From: a virus
Lineage: Duplodnaviria; Caudoviricetes
Reading direction: 5' to 3' (one strand)
IMG/VR virus record: IMGVR_UViG_2556921664_000001
Coordinates: 1-64,000 of that record
Length of the DNA stretch: 64,000 nt
How positions within the stretch are numbered: the first letter of the stretch is position 1; the number at the start of each line of letters is the position of its first letter. Positions 45,566 to 55,490 of the stretch are shown here, piece after piece. The notes under the pieces were generated by a model. That model did not search any database, was not told the origin of the DNA, and saw only the letters and a program-made list of their open reading frames with translations. The position numbers were made by a program, and so were the translations under genes.

Positions 45566-45910
45566 TCACCTCTTTAGGCTTTCCTGCACAGCTTCGGCTA
45601 TATTTTCCCTTATGGTGTTTCGCAAAGCATCCAACGCCGGATACAAAAATGGTTCATTTATCATAGGCGAGAACTCAACAAACCTACCATAAGGTACGCC
45701 ATTATCATTAGTGGCATCTGCCACAACCTTTATTTTAGTTCCGCCCCGCAAAACCACTTTATGAATGGATTCCTTAAGGGCTCCAGTTCTCACCGGACAT
45801 CTGGTTTTTGCATCATTTACTACCATATCCGCCCCATTACTTAGTGCATCCTTGGCAGCCTTTGTAGCTTTTTCACCAATATCCTGAAAAACATCGGATA
45901 AAGAACTCAT
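45566..45910 (-). CDS. HK97 gp10-like tail component
   Basis: AKTRCPVRTGALKESI, YGRFVEF, PFLYPA. Confidence 0.85.
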   Translation of the reverse strand: MSSLSDVFQDIGEKATKAAKDALSNGADMVVNDAKTRCPVRTGALKESIHKVVLRGGTKIKVVADATNDNGVPYGRFVEFSPMINEPFLYPALDALRNTIRENIAEAVQESLKR

Positions 45911-46221
45911 ACTATCACCTTCACCATAAGAGTCAGCCTGCCAATGCGTTTATCCCCGAGCACAGTCAGGATTTCATAAGCCACATTACCATGTAGTATC
46001 CGCATTTTCTGTGTTACTCCATCAAGGTAGCGGATATAGATTTTAAACTGTGTTTCAGACATAGCCTGCTCAGCGGCAAAGTATTCTCTGCCGCTTACAG
46101 GAACTATATCCGCCCAGACTTCCTTAAAATCTGTCCACTCCTCCTTGGGATTGGCATACATATCTGTTTCATCTGTTGGAATTTGAAGTGTTATACGATA
46201 ACGCATTTTCCCTACCTTCAT
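45907..46221 (-). CDS. Head-tail adaptor / head closure protein (SPP1 gp16-like)
   Basis: GKMRYRITLQ, VWADIVPVSGRE, IRY. Confidence 0.9.
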   Translation of the reverse strand: MKVGKMRYRITLQIPTDETDMYANPKEEWTDFKEVWADIVPVSGREYFAAEQAMSETQFKIYIRYLDGVTQKMRILHGNVAYEILTVLGDKRIGRLTLMVKVIV

Positions 46222-46496
46222 CAGAAGCCCTCCTTACGGAGTCCGGACAGTAGGTCACGGAGGGTTAAGGCTAACCCTCTATGATCTGCTTCATCACGGT
46301 GCTCATACAGATAAGTCACCGCATAAAAAATAGCCGTTCTCAGCCGAGGATTTTCCCCGTCCAATTCCGACTCGTCCTGTCTTAAGATTGCCAGGCATAA
46401 ATCATTTGCTGTGGCCATAAGCCCTTCAATCAGCTCATCATCATAGTCGCCATCAATCCTAAGATACTGTTTGGTTTCCTCAAGAGTTACCAGCAT
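46221..46496 (-). CDS. Head-tail connector (HK97 gp6-like)
   Basis: VTLEETKQYLRIDGDYDDELI, LYEHR. Confidence 0.9.
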   Translation of the reverse strand: MLVTLEETKQYLRIDGDYDDELIEGLMATANDLCLAILRQDESELDGENPRLRTAIFYAVTYLYEHRDEADHRGLALTLRDLLSGLRKEGF

Positions 46497-46510
46497 TTAC
46501 CTCACCTCTA

Positions 46511-47710
46511 TTATGGCTTGGAAGAAGTACCCTTCATAGAAAGAATCTGAACTGCTTCTGGGAGGATAAGGCGCCCATCGACACGTTCTTTCATCACATA
46601 TCCCACCATACCGTTACCAGCGAAGAGTTCCTTCAGTTCCTGCATGGAACGTGTACCGCGGTCACCGATGTTATAGTAGGAGTAATCACCAAATGCCATA
46701 GCTGGCTTTCCTGTCGCAGATTCTGGTGCATATTCAGAGGTGTGTACCTCATACCCTAAAATACGATCTGGTTCACCTGCAGTAAGTGCCGGCTGCCACA
46801 TATACACGCCATTGTTATCCTTCAGCTTACGAATAGAAGCCAAAGTCTTATCGTTAGTGATAAATGCCGCATTCTTGCGGTACGGACGCTTAAGGTTATA
46901 AATCAGGGTGATGATATCATCGGCACTAATGCTATTGCTGGAAGTCGTGGTATTAAACTGTCCACCCTTTTCAGCATCAAAAATGCCTGTAGGCTTACCT
47001 TTGCCATCACCATTAAGGAAGGCATCTTCTTCTGCATTGGCCAGTGCTTTACCAAACTGGTCGATGATGTAACTTTCGAGGTTAAAGGCATTATCGTAGA
47101 GAAGCTCCTCAGTAATCTTGATAGCCACATGGAGCTTATATGCATCAAGCATAATCTGGTCAAAGGTTGCCTCACCAAAACCGAGGGTCTCTCCTTCTTC
47201 AATCCAGGCAGCTGCTGGCTTTGTGGCAGCAATATTGATTTTGTGCTGCCCGGAGGTGGTAATCTTAGTAGAAAGATTACGCATAATGTTTTCTGCATTC
47301 AACACATCAACGAGACGCTTATCATACTCAACTGGCACGAGATAACCACCCTGCTGGTCATCACCTTCCTTAAGAACATTACTGATATTGCGGAAGCGGC
47401 TGCGGGTTGCTGCCAACATTTCCTTACGGTATTCATCCGTAGCACGGAAATTGGCTGGTGCCTTACCAGAAGATGGTTCATTGGTAATAGGCGTACTAGT
47501 TGGCTTATCAAGCTCCCTATCAATAACCGCCTGACGCTGCAGGCGATCGATGGACTTTTTCATATCCACCACATCAGCCTCCATCTTCTCATAGGTGGCA
47601 GCATCTTCAGCAGAGAGCTTACCATCTTCATCAGTATGAGTATCAAGGAAATTCTTGGCCTCTGCCCAAAGCTTAGCACGTTTTTCAATCAGTTCATTAA
47701 TCTTATCCAT
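46511..47710 (-). CDS. HK97-fold major capsid protein
   Basis: GGYLVP, ITEELLYD, LNGDGKGKPTG, FGDYSYY, RVDGRL. Confidence 0.95.
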   Translation of the reverse strand: MDKINELIEKRAKLWAEAKNFLDTHTDEDGKLSAEDAATYEKMEADVVDMKKSIDRLQRQAVIDRELDKPTSTPITNEPSSGKAPANFRATDEYRKEMLAATRSRFRNISNVLKEGDDQQGGYLVPVEYDKRLVDVLNAENIMRNLSTKITTSGQHKINIAATKPAAAWIEEGETLGFGEATFDQIMLDAYKLHVAIKITEELLYDNAFNLESYIIDQFGKALANAEEDAFLNGDGKGKPTGIFDAEKGGQFNTTTSSNSISADDIITLIYNLKRPYRKNAAFITNDKTLASIRKLKDNNGVYMWQPALTAGEPDRILGYEVHTSEYAPESATGKPAMAFGDYSYYNIGDRGTRSMQELKELFAGNGMVGYVMKERVDGRLILPEAVQILSMKGTSSKP

Positions 47711-47711
47711 T

Positions 47712-48407
47712 TTACATTCCTCCTAAAATAACTAAACGCTTCTGAAGTTCAGAAGCGTCAATACGATTATCTGCTACCTTTTTGGCAGCTTTAAATTTAT
47801 CCAAGAATGAATTGGTCACCGCAGCCCTTGAAAAAATCATGGCCTCCGGCTCATCATCCTCATCGGTGTCATAAAGAATACTGTCGGCAAATCCAAGCTC
47901 CACAGCCTTTTTGGCATTGAACCAGGACTCGGCATTCATCATGTTGGACAGCTGCTTTCTTGGAAGTCCAGTCTTAAGCTCGTAAGCATTGATGATGGAT
48001 TCCTTTACTTCGGAAAGCATCTCTATGGCTTTCTTCATTTCCCGTTCATCCCCGATGGAGACAGTAGCAGGATTATGAATCATCATCATGCCAACAGGGG
48101 ATATGGCCACATGACTTCCAGCCATAGCAATTACCGAAGCTGCTGAAGCAGCAATGCCATCAATGTGAACATCAACGCATCCTGGGTATTCCATGAGCAT
48201 GTTATATATCTGTGCAGCAGCAAAACAATCCCCGCCAGGAGAATTAATCCAAACAGTGACTTTACCCTGGCAACTGTTAAGCTCGTTTCTAAATTCTTCA
48301 GGTGTGACTTCATCACCGAACCAAGTCTGGTCAGAGATTTCCCCATTGAGCATAAGTATTCTTTCATCATTATCATTCCTCACCCAATTCCAAAATTTAC
48401 GACTCAT
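47712..48407 (-). CDS. ClpP-like prohead protease
   Basis: WINSPGGD, DGIAASAASVI, MMIHNP, ESWF. Confidence 0.92.
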   Translation of the reverse strand: MSRKFWNWVRNDNDERILMLNGEISDQTWFGDEVTPEEFRNELNSCQGKVTVWINSPGGDCFAAAQIYNMLMEYPGCVDVHIDGIAASAASVIAMAGSHVAISPVGMMMIHNPATVSIGDEREMKKAIEMLSEVKESIINAYELKTGLPRKQLSNMMNAESWFNAKKAVELGFADSILYDTDEDDEPEAMIFSRAAVTNSFLDKFKAAKKVADNRIDASELQKRLVILGGM

Positions 48408-49653
48408 CTAAATCATTCCTTTCAGCAGGCTTTGCAAAAATACCCGCGTCTTTTAACTTTGTAAGATTTCCGTTAATAAGGTATAGATTACCTCCTTCCT
48501 CAGCAGGAATAGGATTCATGTTCTCCAGCTCCCTTATGTCATTTGCTGACATCCAGCCATTCTGCCTTGCCACAGCATAGCCATTCATCCGGCTCTGATA
48601 GTCCCCACGAAGAAGACCATCCACATTGAACCTGAAGAACAGCTGACTCTTTTCTGATGGCAGCAAAAGTGCCTGCTGCATTGCTTGTTCCCAGCGAACT
48701 ATCCAAGGATTAAGGGTGTACATTACAAAATCCAAGGACTGCTGCTCAATATTAGAAAAGCTCGACTTTTCAAGATCACCTACCATGTGTGGCGGTACTC
48801 TGAAAATTCGAGCTATCTCATTGATTTGAAATTTTCTGGTTTCAAGGAACTGTGCTTCATTAGGCGGTATGGCCATCTGCTTGAAAGTCATTCCTTCCTC
48901 CAGAACAGCAACGCTGTGACTGTTCTTACCAGAGAACTGGGACTTCCAGCTTTGGCGAAGTTTCTCAGGATCTTTAACAACACCTGGGTGTTCAAGTATT
49001 CCTCCCGGAGTGGCTCCATTGGCAAAGAAGGTAGCTCCATATTCCTCAGTGGCTATCGCAATACCGATGGCATTCTTGGCCATGGCAATAGGGCTGTATC
49101 CTATAAGGCCATCAAATCCAAGGCCCGGAATATGAAGCACATCCTCTCTTTTGAGAACCACTTCTTCATCCCGCTTCTCGGATCCTGCTTCATCAGAATT
49201 GCGTCTGTAGGTATATATCAGCCGCCCAGCCTTATTACGGCTTACATCCATCTTGTTTGGAAGAAGCGGATAAAGGCCGACCACCTCACCTTTGCCATTC
49301 CTTATAATCTGGGCATAGGCATTCCCCCAGAGAAGCAGATGGCTCATCATAGTCTCCCTGAAGATAAAGCTGGTCATCTCAGGATTTGGCTCATCATGCA
49401 AAAGATGATAAAGCGGATGGCTGTAGAGCTTTTCCTTGCTGCCCTCCGCCCCGTACTGGTACACATTAAGGGGCAGACTGGCTATTGCCTCAGAAAGTAT
49501 TCTGACACAGGCATATACAGCAGTAACCTGCATGGATGTCCGTTCATTGACATTTCTCCCTGCGGTAGTGCCGCCAAATAAAAAAGGCCAATGGACTGAT
49601 AAATAATCCTTTGGCTTATCCCTTGAACGAAACAGTTTAGAAAATAGATTCAT
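48397..49653 (-). CDS. HK97-family portal protein
   Basis: AVYACVRILSE, LLLWGNAY, DVLHI, IARIFRVPP. Confidence 0.95.
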   Translation of the reverse strand: MNLFSKLFRSRDKPKDYLSVHWPFLFGGTTAGRNVNERTSMQVTAVYACVRILSEAIASLPLNVYQYGAEGSKEKLYSHPLYHLLHDEPNPEMTSFIFRETMMSHLLLWGNAYAQIIRNGKGEVVGLYPLLPNKMDVSRNKAGRLIYTYRRNSDEAGSEKRDEEVVLKREDVLHIPGLGFDGLIGYSPIAMAKNAIGIAIATEEYGATFFANGATPGGILEHPGVVKDPEKLRQSWKSQFSGKNSHSVAVLEEGMTFKQMAIPPNEAQFLETRKFQINEIARIFRVPPHMVGDLEKSSFSNIEQQSLDFVMYTLNPWIVRWEQAMQQALLLPSEKSQLFFRFNVDGLLRGDYQSRMNGYAVARQNGWMSANDIRELENMNPIPAEEGGNLYLINGNLTKLKDAGIFAKPAERNDLDES

Positions 49654-49701
49654 AGGCTGATGCCTCCTTTACATATTCACAATCCTATGATAATATCTAT
49701 A

Positions 49702-49730
49702 TTGACCAACCCTACTGAATAGGGTAAAAT
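49702..49730 (+). promoter_or_regulatory. Sigma70 promoter of the TA module with a palindromic operator in the spacer
   Basis: TTGACC-17bp-TAAAAT; ACCCTA-N5-TAGGGT at 49709-49725. Confidence 0.7.
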
Positions 49731-49748
49731 TTAAATAGGGGTAATCAA

Positions 49749-50102
49749 ATGAAAGTAAGCAGAAAATTTATCCACGGTGAATTGTTTGAAAAACAGTGGA
49801 AAGAACTTGGACTAACGGATGAAAATCTTAGAGAACTTCAATCCATTCTTTTAGAAAATCCTAAAATTGGCCCTGTTATGTCTGGTACTGGCCGCCTTAG
49901 AAAGCTTCGATATAGCTATGGAAACAGAGGAAAATCTCATTGTGCCAGAGTATGTTATGTAGATTTTGAAATTAGTGGAACGATTTTCTTAATCATGGTA
50001 TTCGCTAAAAATGAGATGGAAAACCTCTCCAAAACCGAGAGGAACAACATCAAATTGTTAATTGATAAACTTGAGAAGATCTATGCCAGAAAGGATGTGT
50101 AA
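49749..50102 (+). CDS. higB: RelE/HigB-family toxin
   Basis: L..LL.ENPKIG.VMSGTGRLRKLR...GK...ARVCY; toxin-first order. Confidence 0.8.
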   Translation: MKVSRKFIHGELFEKQWKELGLTDENLRELQSILLENPKIGPVMSGTGRLRKLRYSYGNRGKSHCARVCYVDFEISGTIFLIMVFAKNEMENLSKTERNNIKLLIDKLEKIYARKDV

Positions 50103-50105
50103 GAT

Positions 50106-50417
50106 ATGAGTAAAGCATATGATATGATAAGTGCATCTTTAAATGAAATTATTGATGATATTGAAGTTACCAATGGTGCCAATCTAAAACAAACAGTATT
50201 GACAATTGATGTCGATACCGTACGTAACTTCACTCCAAGTGAAATACGAAATATCCGTATGGAAAATAATCTTACTCAAAACCTGCTTGCCAAGTTTTTA
50301 TGTGTAAGCAAAAAAACTATAGAAGCATGGGAATCTGGCAGAAATACTCCAAACGGACCATCCAAGCGTCTGCTTGAGTTATTGGCTAAAAAAGCTGTAG
50401 CACCTGTTGTGTCTTAA
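50106..50417 (+). CDS. higA: XRE-HTH antitoxin (HigA-like)
   Basis: IRNIRMENNLTQ..LAKFLCVSKKTIEAWESGRNTPNGPS. Confidence 0.8.
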   Translation: MSKAYDMISASLNEIIDDIEVTNGANLKQTVLTIDVDTVRNFTPSEIRNIRMENNLTQNLLAKFLCVSKKTIEAWESGRNTPNGPSKRLLELLAKKAVAPVVS

Positions 50418-52006
50418 ATCAACAATATTCCACGCTCATCATATACACTTTCACCATTATCCAATCCACAGCGGATTGCTCGGTCAAGAGCCATTATCGT
50501 GGCCACAACACCGTCAATCTTCTCTGTGGATTTTTCTTTGTCCGGTTTTATGTTCCCGGCTGGATCTGTCTTTATGAAGATGTTGTCCATCATCCATCTA
50601 AGGACCGGATGGCCGCCATGGGCCAATTTCTGCTCCAGGGTCAGCTTCATCAATTCCTTGGTTGGTGGGTTCATATCCTTAAAGCCCTGCCCAAACGGAA
50701 CCACAGTAAAACCCATACCCTCAAGATTCTGCACCATCTGCACAGCTCCCCAGCGGTCATAGGCAATTTCCCGGATATTGAACCTTTCATTCAGCTTCTC
50801 GATAAACTGCTCAATATATCCGTAATGGACCACATTTCCTTCAGTTGTAAGAAGCGTCCCCTGCTTCTCCCACACATCATAAGGCACATGATCGCGCCTT
50901 ACCCTAAGGTCAACATTGTCCTCCGGAATCCAAAAATAAGGGAGAATGTAGTATTTATCCTCCTCATCAAGTGGCGGGAACACCAGCACAAAGGCTGTAA
51001 TATCTGTTGTACTGGAAAGGTCAAGACCTCCATAGCAGACACGTCCTTCCAGTTCATCCTCATTGACTGTAAAAGCACATTTATCCCATTTATCCATCGG
51101 CATCCATCTGACAGCCTGCTTTACCCATTGGTTTAGGCGAAGCTGCCTGAAGGAGTTCTCCTCTGCCGGGTTCTGCTTGGCTGACTCGCAGGCCGCCACC
51201 ACCTTATCTATTGTGATTGTTTCACCAAGTGAAGGATTAGCCTTTTTCCACACTTCCGGGCTCGTCCAATCCTCGGACTCGGCAGCACCATAAATGACAG
51301 GATAAAATGTGGGGTCAAACTTCCGCCCCTCAATGATATCCAATGCCTTTTGGTGAAGCTCGTAACAAATGGAGTTGGTGTCGTTCCCAGCTGTGGTAAT
51401 CAAAAAGTACAGAGGCTGTTCTCTTGCATCTCCGGAGCCTTTCGTAAGAACATCGTAGAGTTTTCTGTTTGGCTGGGTGTGTACCTCATCCAGCACCAGC
51501 CCTGAAACATTTAGGCCATGCTTGGTCCCTACCTCTGCAGAAAGCACTTGATAAAATCCATTATTCAGATGGGACACAATACGTTTATTGGCTCCAAGGC
51601 TCTTTGACCTCTTCGCCAATGCCGGGGTCAGTTTCACCATCTGATTGGCAACATCAAACACAATGGCCGCCTGTTGCCTATCCGCCGCCGCCCCATAAAC
51701 CTCCGGGGCTGCCTCACCATCGGCAAACAAAAGATAAAGTGCAACGGCAGCGGCTAATTCGCTTTTACCATTCTTCTTTGGTATTTCAATATAGGCTGTG
51801 GTAAACTGCCTGTGGCCATCTTCCTTAACAGTTCCAAAAATATCCCTTATAATCTGTTCCTGCCAAGGGAGCAGCTTAAAAGGCTTACCGGCCCACCTGC
51901 CCTTTGTGTGGCAAAGGCACTCAATAAAGCCTACCGCAAAGTCAGCCTGCCCTTTATCATAATGGGATGTATCCAGTTTGAATTTTGTAGGCTTATAACC
52001 TTCCAT
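50414..52006 (-). CDS. terL: Terminase large subunit
   Basis: LLPWQ, IPKKNGKSEL Walker A, LVLDEVH, GGLDLS, KIDG. Confidence 0.97.
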   Translation of the reverse strand: MEGYKPTKFKLDTSHYDKGQADFAVGFIECLCHTKGRWAGKPFKLLPWQEQIIRDIFGTVKEDGHRQFTTAYIEIPKKNGKSELAAAVALYLLFADGEAAPEVYGAAADRQQAAIVFDVANQMVKLTPALAKRSKSLGANKRIVSHLNNGFYQVLSAEVGTKHGLNVSGLVLDEVHTQPNRKLYDVLTKGSGDAREQPLYFLITTAGNDTNSICYELHQKALDIIEGRKFDPTFYPVIYGAAESEDWTSPEVWKKANPSLGETITIDKVVAACESAKQNPAEENSFRQLRLNQWVKQAVRWMPMDKWDKCAFTVNEDELEGRVCYGGLDLSSTTDITAFVLVFPPLDEEDKYYILPYFWIPEDNVDLRVRRDHVPYDVWEKQGTLLTTEGNVVHYGYIEQFIEKLNERFNIREIAYDRWGAVQMVQNLEGMGFTVVPFGQGFKDMNPPTKELMKLTLEQKLAHGGHPVLRWMMDNIFIKTDPAGNIKPDKEKSTEKIDGVVATIMALDRAIRCGLDNGESVYDERGILLI

Positions 52007-52213
52007 AAAATTCCCCCAATAAAATAAGCCCCAATCGGGGCCGATACTTTAGTATAGTAAAACTTTCAAATCCAACACACAGAGTATACTGTGCTCAGTC
52101 GTCATCGGGCGAAAGTTATTACCATACCATAACAAATGGTATTCTTATTGTATGGTAATAATTTTCGCTACGACCAAAAGGCCTCCGAAGAGGGCCTTCC
52201 GGCTTTTTTTGTT

Positions 52214-52588
52214 TTAATCCTCGCTGTTTTCCATGGTTGTCAGGATTGTGGCGGCTGACATCAAGCCCTGTGCCAAGGCGAGCTGCAAGTCCTTAGGTGG
52301 TATTGTGTCCCAACCCTTCATCAATGCTTTGTCGATGTTTTCCAAAACCGCCTTCTGGTTGCTGAGGCGTGGTCCGTCCCAAAGGATCAATGCTACTTCC
52401 TCGGTTGCCAATTTGATTTCTTCCAAAATTTCCTGCTTTTCCATTTTCTTGTTCCTCCTTTTATTTTGGGGCTGTTCCCCTTTGGTTGTGTACATATTAG
52501 CTCTGCTTCGGAGGTATAGCAAGTTATTTAGTACATAAGTTTTGTATACTTCACTACGAGAAAACAACCCTGAATGGGCTGTTTTCAT
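52214..52588 (-). CDS. Small hypothetical protein (likely start MEKQEIL)
   Basis: GGAGG RBS, own promoter-like motif and terminator. Confidence 0.55.
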   Translation of the reverse strand: MKTAHSGLFSRSEVYKTYVLNNLLYLRSRANMYTTKGEQPQNKRRNKKMEKQEILEEIKLATEEVALILWDGPRLSNQKAVLENIDKALMKGWDTIPPKDLQLALAQGLMSAATILTTMENSED

Positions 52589-52594
52589 TTGGTT

Positions 52595-52819
52595 TCAGTT
52601 AAATCTGCTTTTGAGAATTTCAAGTGCCTTGATGGCAAGTTCCGTCTGTGGTTCAAGATCCCAACCCCGGTCGTAATTCAAAATTCTCTCCCCGTCTACC
52701 CGGCAGTCCAGCTTGGAAATCCTGCCCTCATCGATTCCGAATTCGGAGCCTTTCTCATAATGCTTTACCCAATACTCTATCTTGGTTCCATCGATTTCAA
52801 GTGTAGCCTTGTCCCACAT
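52595..52819 (-). CDS. Conserved small prophage protein
   Basis: YWVKHYE..SEFGI..GRISKL...NYDRGWD motif. Confidence 0.8.
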   Translation of the reverse strand: MWDKATLEIDGTKIEYWVKHYEKGSEFGIDEGRISKLDCRVDGERILNYDRGWDLEPQTELAIKALEILKSRFN

Positions 52820-52834
52820 TGCTGTTTCCTCCCT

Positions 52835-53029
52835 TCAAATCATCTCGTCAAGTTCGCGGTATTCTCTCTGCCGGCGTTCAATTTCCTGCCTAAGGCACTG
52901 GGCCCTGAACCCGTTGCGGCATTCCCTGAGTTCTTTCTCTAGCTTTTTGAGCTCCTCTTTTCTCCCGGCCATCACCTCGCGGCTGTTGCCTTCCAAAATC
53001 TCCTGCTTGTCTTTTTGAAACCTTGTCAT
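52835..53029 (-). CDS. Small coiled-coil prophage protein
   Basis: MTRFQKD...FRAQCLRQEI; GGAGG RBS. Confidence 0.75.
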   Translation of the reverse strand: MTRFQKDKQEILEGNSREVMAGRKEELKKLEKELRECRNGFRAQCLRQEIERRQREYRELDEMI

Positions 53030-53118
53030 TTCCTTGTTCCTCCTTTTCCTTTGGTTGTGTGTATATTAGCTCTGGTTCGGAGGAATAGCAAGTTATTTAG
53101 TACATTTATTCTGTTTTA

Positions 53119-53574
53119 TTATTTGCTGTAATCCAAGGCTTCATAAAGGATTTTTAGGTCCAGCCCGAAGCGCTGGTAGCCTTCCAGCAAAACATCAAAG
53201 TACCTCTGGCTTGGAAGGCCAAGGGTTGATTCATCCGGGGGCATTATATAAACCATGCCTTCTCCCTTCACTCGCCTTCCTGGGCGGTCACCGATGTAAT
53301 CGAACTCCACGGTTTCCTTGACATAAAAGTGTGGCCAGCCTTCGTAGCGGTCGAGGCGTTCCTCGTCCTTTTCACTGATTGCCCAAACTACCACCGGAAC
53401 TGTGCAGCCTTCCTCTTTTTCGATTGTGGCATAGTTCCCGCTTTGGGAGCCCTTGAACATCAGCCGCCATCCTTTTATAATCCCCTTGCCGACTGGCTCG
53501 GCATCAGGGCAACGATGGTACATCTGCTGGAGGCTCATGTTACTTCCGTAGGCTAAATAAATTGATTTTTTCAT
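53119..53574 (-). CDS. Gamma-glutamylcyclotransferase (AIG2-like)
   Basis: YLAYGSNM, QMYHRCP, LDRYEG.P..Y. Confidence 0.92.
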   Translation of the reverse strand: MKKSIYLAYGSNMSLQQMYHRCPDAEPVGKGIIKGWRLMFKGSQSGNYATIEKEEGCTVPVVVWAISEKDEERLDRYEGWPHFYVKETVEFDYIGDRPGRRVKGEGMVYIMPPDESTLGLPSQRYFDVLLEGYQRFGLDLKILYEALDYSK

Positions 53575-53657
53575 AATCTGAAACTCCCTTCCTAAAAGAA
53601 ATCACTATCGGCTTCTACCACCCAAAGGCCCCCGAAGGGGCTGGTGTGTGGTTTCCT

Positions 53658-54548
53658 TTAGGAAAGGCGTCTCCATGCTGAGTTTCCTTCAAGGTTCTTC
53701 AAAAGGTGGTGGCGGCAGGTCTTGAACTCGTCACCGTTAAGGCCAAGGCGGAGGAGCCAGCATCTGAAGGTGTATTTTTCGTTGTCGCTTACGCTTGGCT
53801 TGCTGGATGCCTTGGAGGTGTTTATTGCCTTTGCGGTAACCGCCAGGCAAAACTGTATGTAGGCTTTGAGCTCCCCTGCGTGGAGGGTGCTGTTGAAAAG
53901 CCTAAACTCAACCGTTCCCTTGGTGAAGTAGGCGTGAAGGTTAAGGCCGTGGTATCTGCTCTCGTTGTAATGGCGTTCCCTTCCGTAAGGTGCTTCTTGG
54001 TACCAAAGGTCGGCCAGCTTTTCCCTTGTTGTTGGGCGGTGCTTTTCAATCATTTCAATCAGGGCTTGGTTTGTTTTCTTGCAATAGTATACTCTGGAAT
54101 TCTTTACCTGGATGGCTTTGTAAAGGATGTCCTCCTTGCTTCTGATGTTCTTTAAAAGGTTGCAAAGGGTGGCTGGGGTGAAATTCTCGGCTCCGATGTG
54201 GATGTGAATTCCTGTGCTTTCGTTTACAATGGCCCCTGCCTTTCTGAGCCTTCTCAAAACTTCCTGCAGGTCTTCAATGTCCTCGTATCTGAGGATTGGG
54301 GTTACAACCTCTGTTTTGTAAAGGTCGCTTGCCCGGCCGCCGTTTTTCTTTTCTGCCTTGATGCTTGAGTCGCTCATGGCCTTCCAAGTTCTGCCCTTGC
54401 TGTCCCCGGCCTGGTAGGTGTCGTAGGTTCCGCCGTAGTGGGTGCTTTCTTTTCCGAAGTAGGCTGCGATTGTCTTTGCTGCCTTGCTTCTCGTAATCCC
54501 TGTCATCTCAATTTCTACCCCAAAGGTCTGTGCTCTTAAATCCATCAT
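53658..54548 (-). CDS. Putative amidoligase (Amidoligase_2, COOH-NH2 ligase)
   Basis: TFGVEIEM, EVVTP, STGIHIH, RYHGLN, GTVEFR. Confidence 0.92.
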   Translation of the reverse strand: MMDLRAQTFGVEIEMTGITRSKAAKTIAAYFGKESTHYGGTYDTYQAGDSKGRTWKAMSDSSIKAEKKNGGRASDLYKTEVVTPILRYEDIEDLQEVLRRLRKAGAIVNESTGIHIHIGAENFTPATLCNLLKNIRSKEDILYKAIQVKNSRVYYCKKTNQALIEMIEKHRPTTREKLADLWYQEAPYGRERHYNESRYHGLNLHAYFTKGTVEFRLFNSTLHAGELKAYIQFCLAVTAKAINTSKASSKPSVSDNEKYTFRCWLLRLGLNGDEFKTCRHHLLKNLEGNSAWRRLS

Positions 54549-54727
54549 GTTTTGTCATCCTTTCTGCTTTTTGCCTTGCTTTGCTTTTGTTGTGTGTATA
54601 TTGCCATACATGTGTTCTAATAGCAAGTTATTTACAGAAAGAATCTGTGTTTATTTTTGTATACTTAAAGCCTTGAAGCAACTAGGGTTACGGGCTTTTT
54701 TGCCCGCTTCCCCAGCTGTTTTTTTGC

Positions 54728-54901
54728 TTACTCCCCATGAAGAATGAAATTCACATACTCGGCCTTGTTTTCAGGAAGGAACTCCGCCAGCTCGGTAAAT
54801 TCCATAAGTTCCGCAATTTCCTTCACCCTTATGATGTCGAACATATTTGTTGCCCCGGTCTGCCTGATGTCCAGTATCTGGTTTTTGATTTCCTCGGTCA
54901 T
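54728..54901 (-). CDS. DUF5049-like protein (57 aa, not in the supplied track)
   Basis: Manual translation MTEEIKNQILDIRQTGATNMFD...EYVNFILHGE. Confidence 0.75.
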   Translation of the reverse strand: MTEEIKNQILDIRQTGATNMFDIIRVKEIAELMEFTELAEFLPENKAEYVNFILHGE

Positions 54902-54903
54902 GA

Positions 54904-55206
54904 TCAGCCCTCCTCTACCAAATGGCAGCTGTCTTCTCCGTAGACCACATGAAGGCCGCTGCCGTTGTCCCAGGCAACCATGATGCTGCCTATGTCATCA
55001 ACCCCCAGCACCGTCCCTCTGGTGCCCTGTGGTGGGGCCTGTGGGTCATCCATGGAATCCAGTTCCACCCGGCTCCCTTTGGTGTAAATCCTCCGCATTT
55101 TTGCAATCAGTTCCCTGCTTGGCATTTTCATTTTCCGAATCCTCCTAATATGTTGTATTTGCCTTTTGGCATGTACATACATCACTCTAAAGCACATAAT
55201 TATCAA
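54904..55206 (-). CDS. DUF4314-family protein (likely start at 55131)
   Basis: GSRVELDSMDDPQAPPQGTRGTV.GVDD.GSI.V.WDNGS.L. Confidence 0.85.
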   Translation of the reverse strand: MIIMCFRVMYVHAKRQIQHIRRIRKMKMPSRELIAKMRRIYTKGSRVELDSMDDPQAPPQGTRGTVLGVDDIGSIMVAWDNGSGLHVVYGEDSCHLVEEG

Positions 55207-55259
55207 GCGATTTTGAAAGTATGCATAAGGCCACCCTGAGGGGCGGCCCTTGTTTTTTC

Positions 55260-55490
55260 TTAATCATGCACTGGATGGCACTTATCTACACCGTAGGTCA
55301 CATTAAGCTCACTGCCGTTATCCCAATCAACAATTATGCTCCCTGCGAGATCTACACCAAGTACCGTTCCTCTGGTTCCCTTTGGTGGTGCCTTGGGTTT
55401 CTCCATAAAATCCAGTTCCACCCTACTTCCTTCCGGATAGCATTCCCGCATTCTGTAGATGATACTCCACTTTGGCATTCTCATTTTCAA
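55260..55490 (-). CDS. DUF4314-family protein, second paralog
   Basis: GSRVELDFMEKPKAPPKGTRGTV.GVD..GSI.V.WDNGS. Confidence 0.85.
   Translation of the reverse strand: MKMRMPKWSIIYRMRECYPEGSRVELDFMEKPKAPPKGTRGTVLGVDLAGSIIVDWDNGSELNVTYGVDKCHPVHD

Noticed and set aside
48685-49581. 298-aa plus-strand ORF, and similar antisense ORFs (e.g. 7053..7520, 9007..9660, 15103..15870, 47129..47731, 57444..58034)
   Set aside because: They are shadows of well-supported minus-strand genes, with no motifs or RBS
50414-52006. Intein or intron in terminase or helicase genes
   Set aside because: Lengths are typical and the motifs are contiguous
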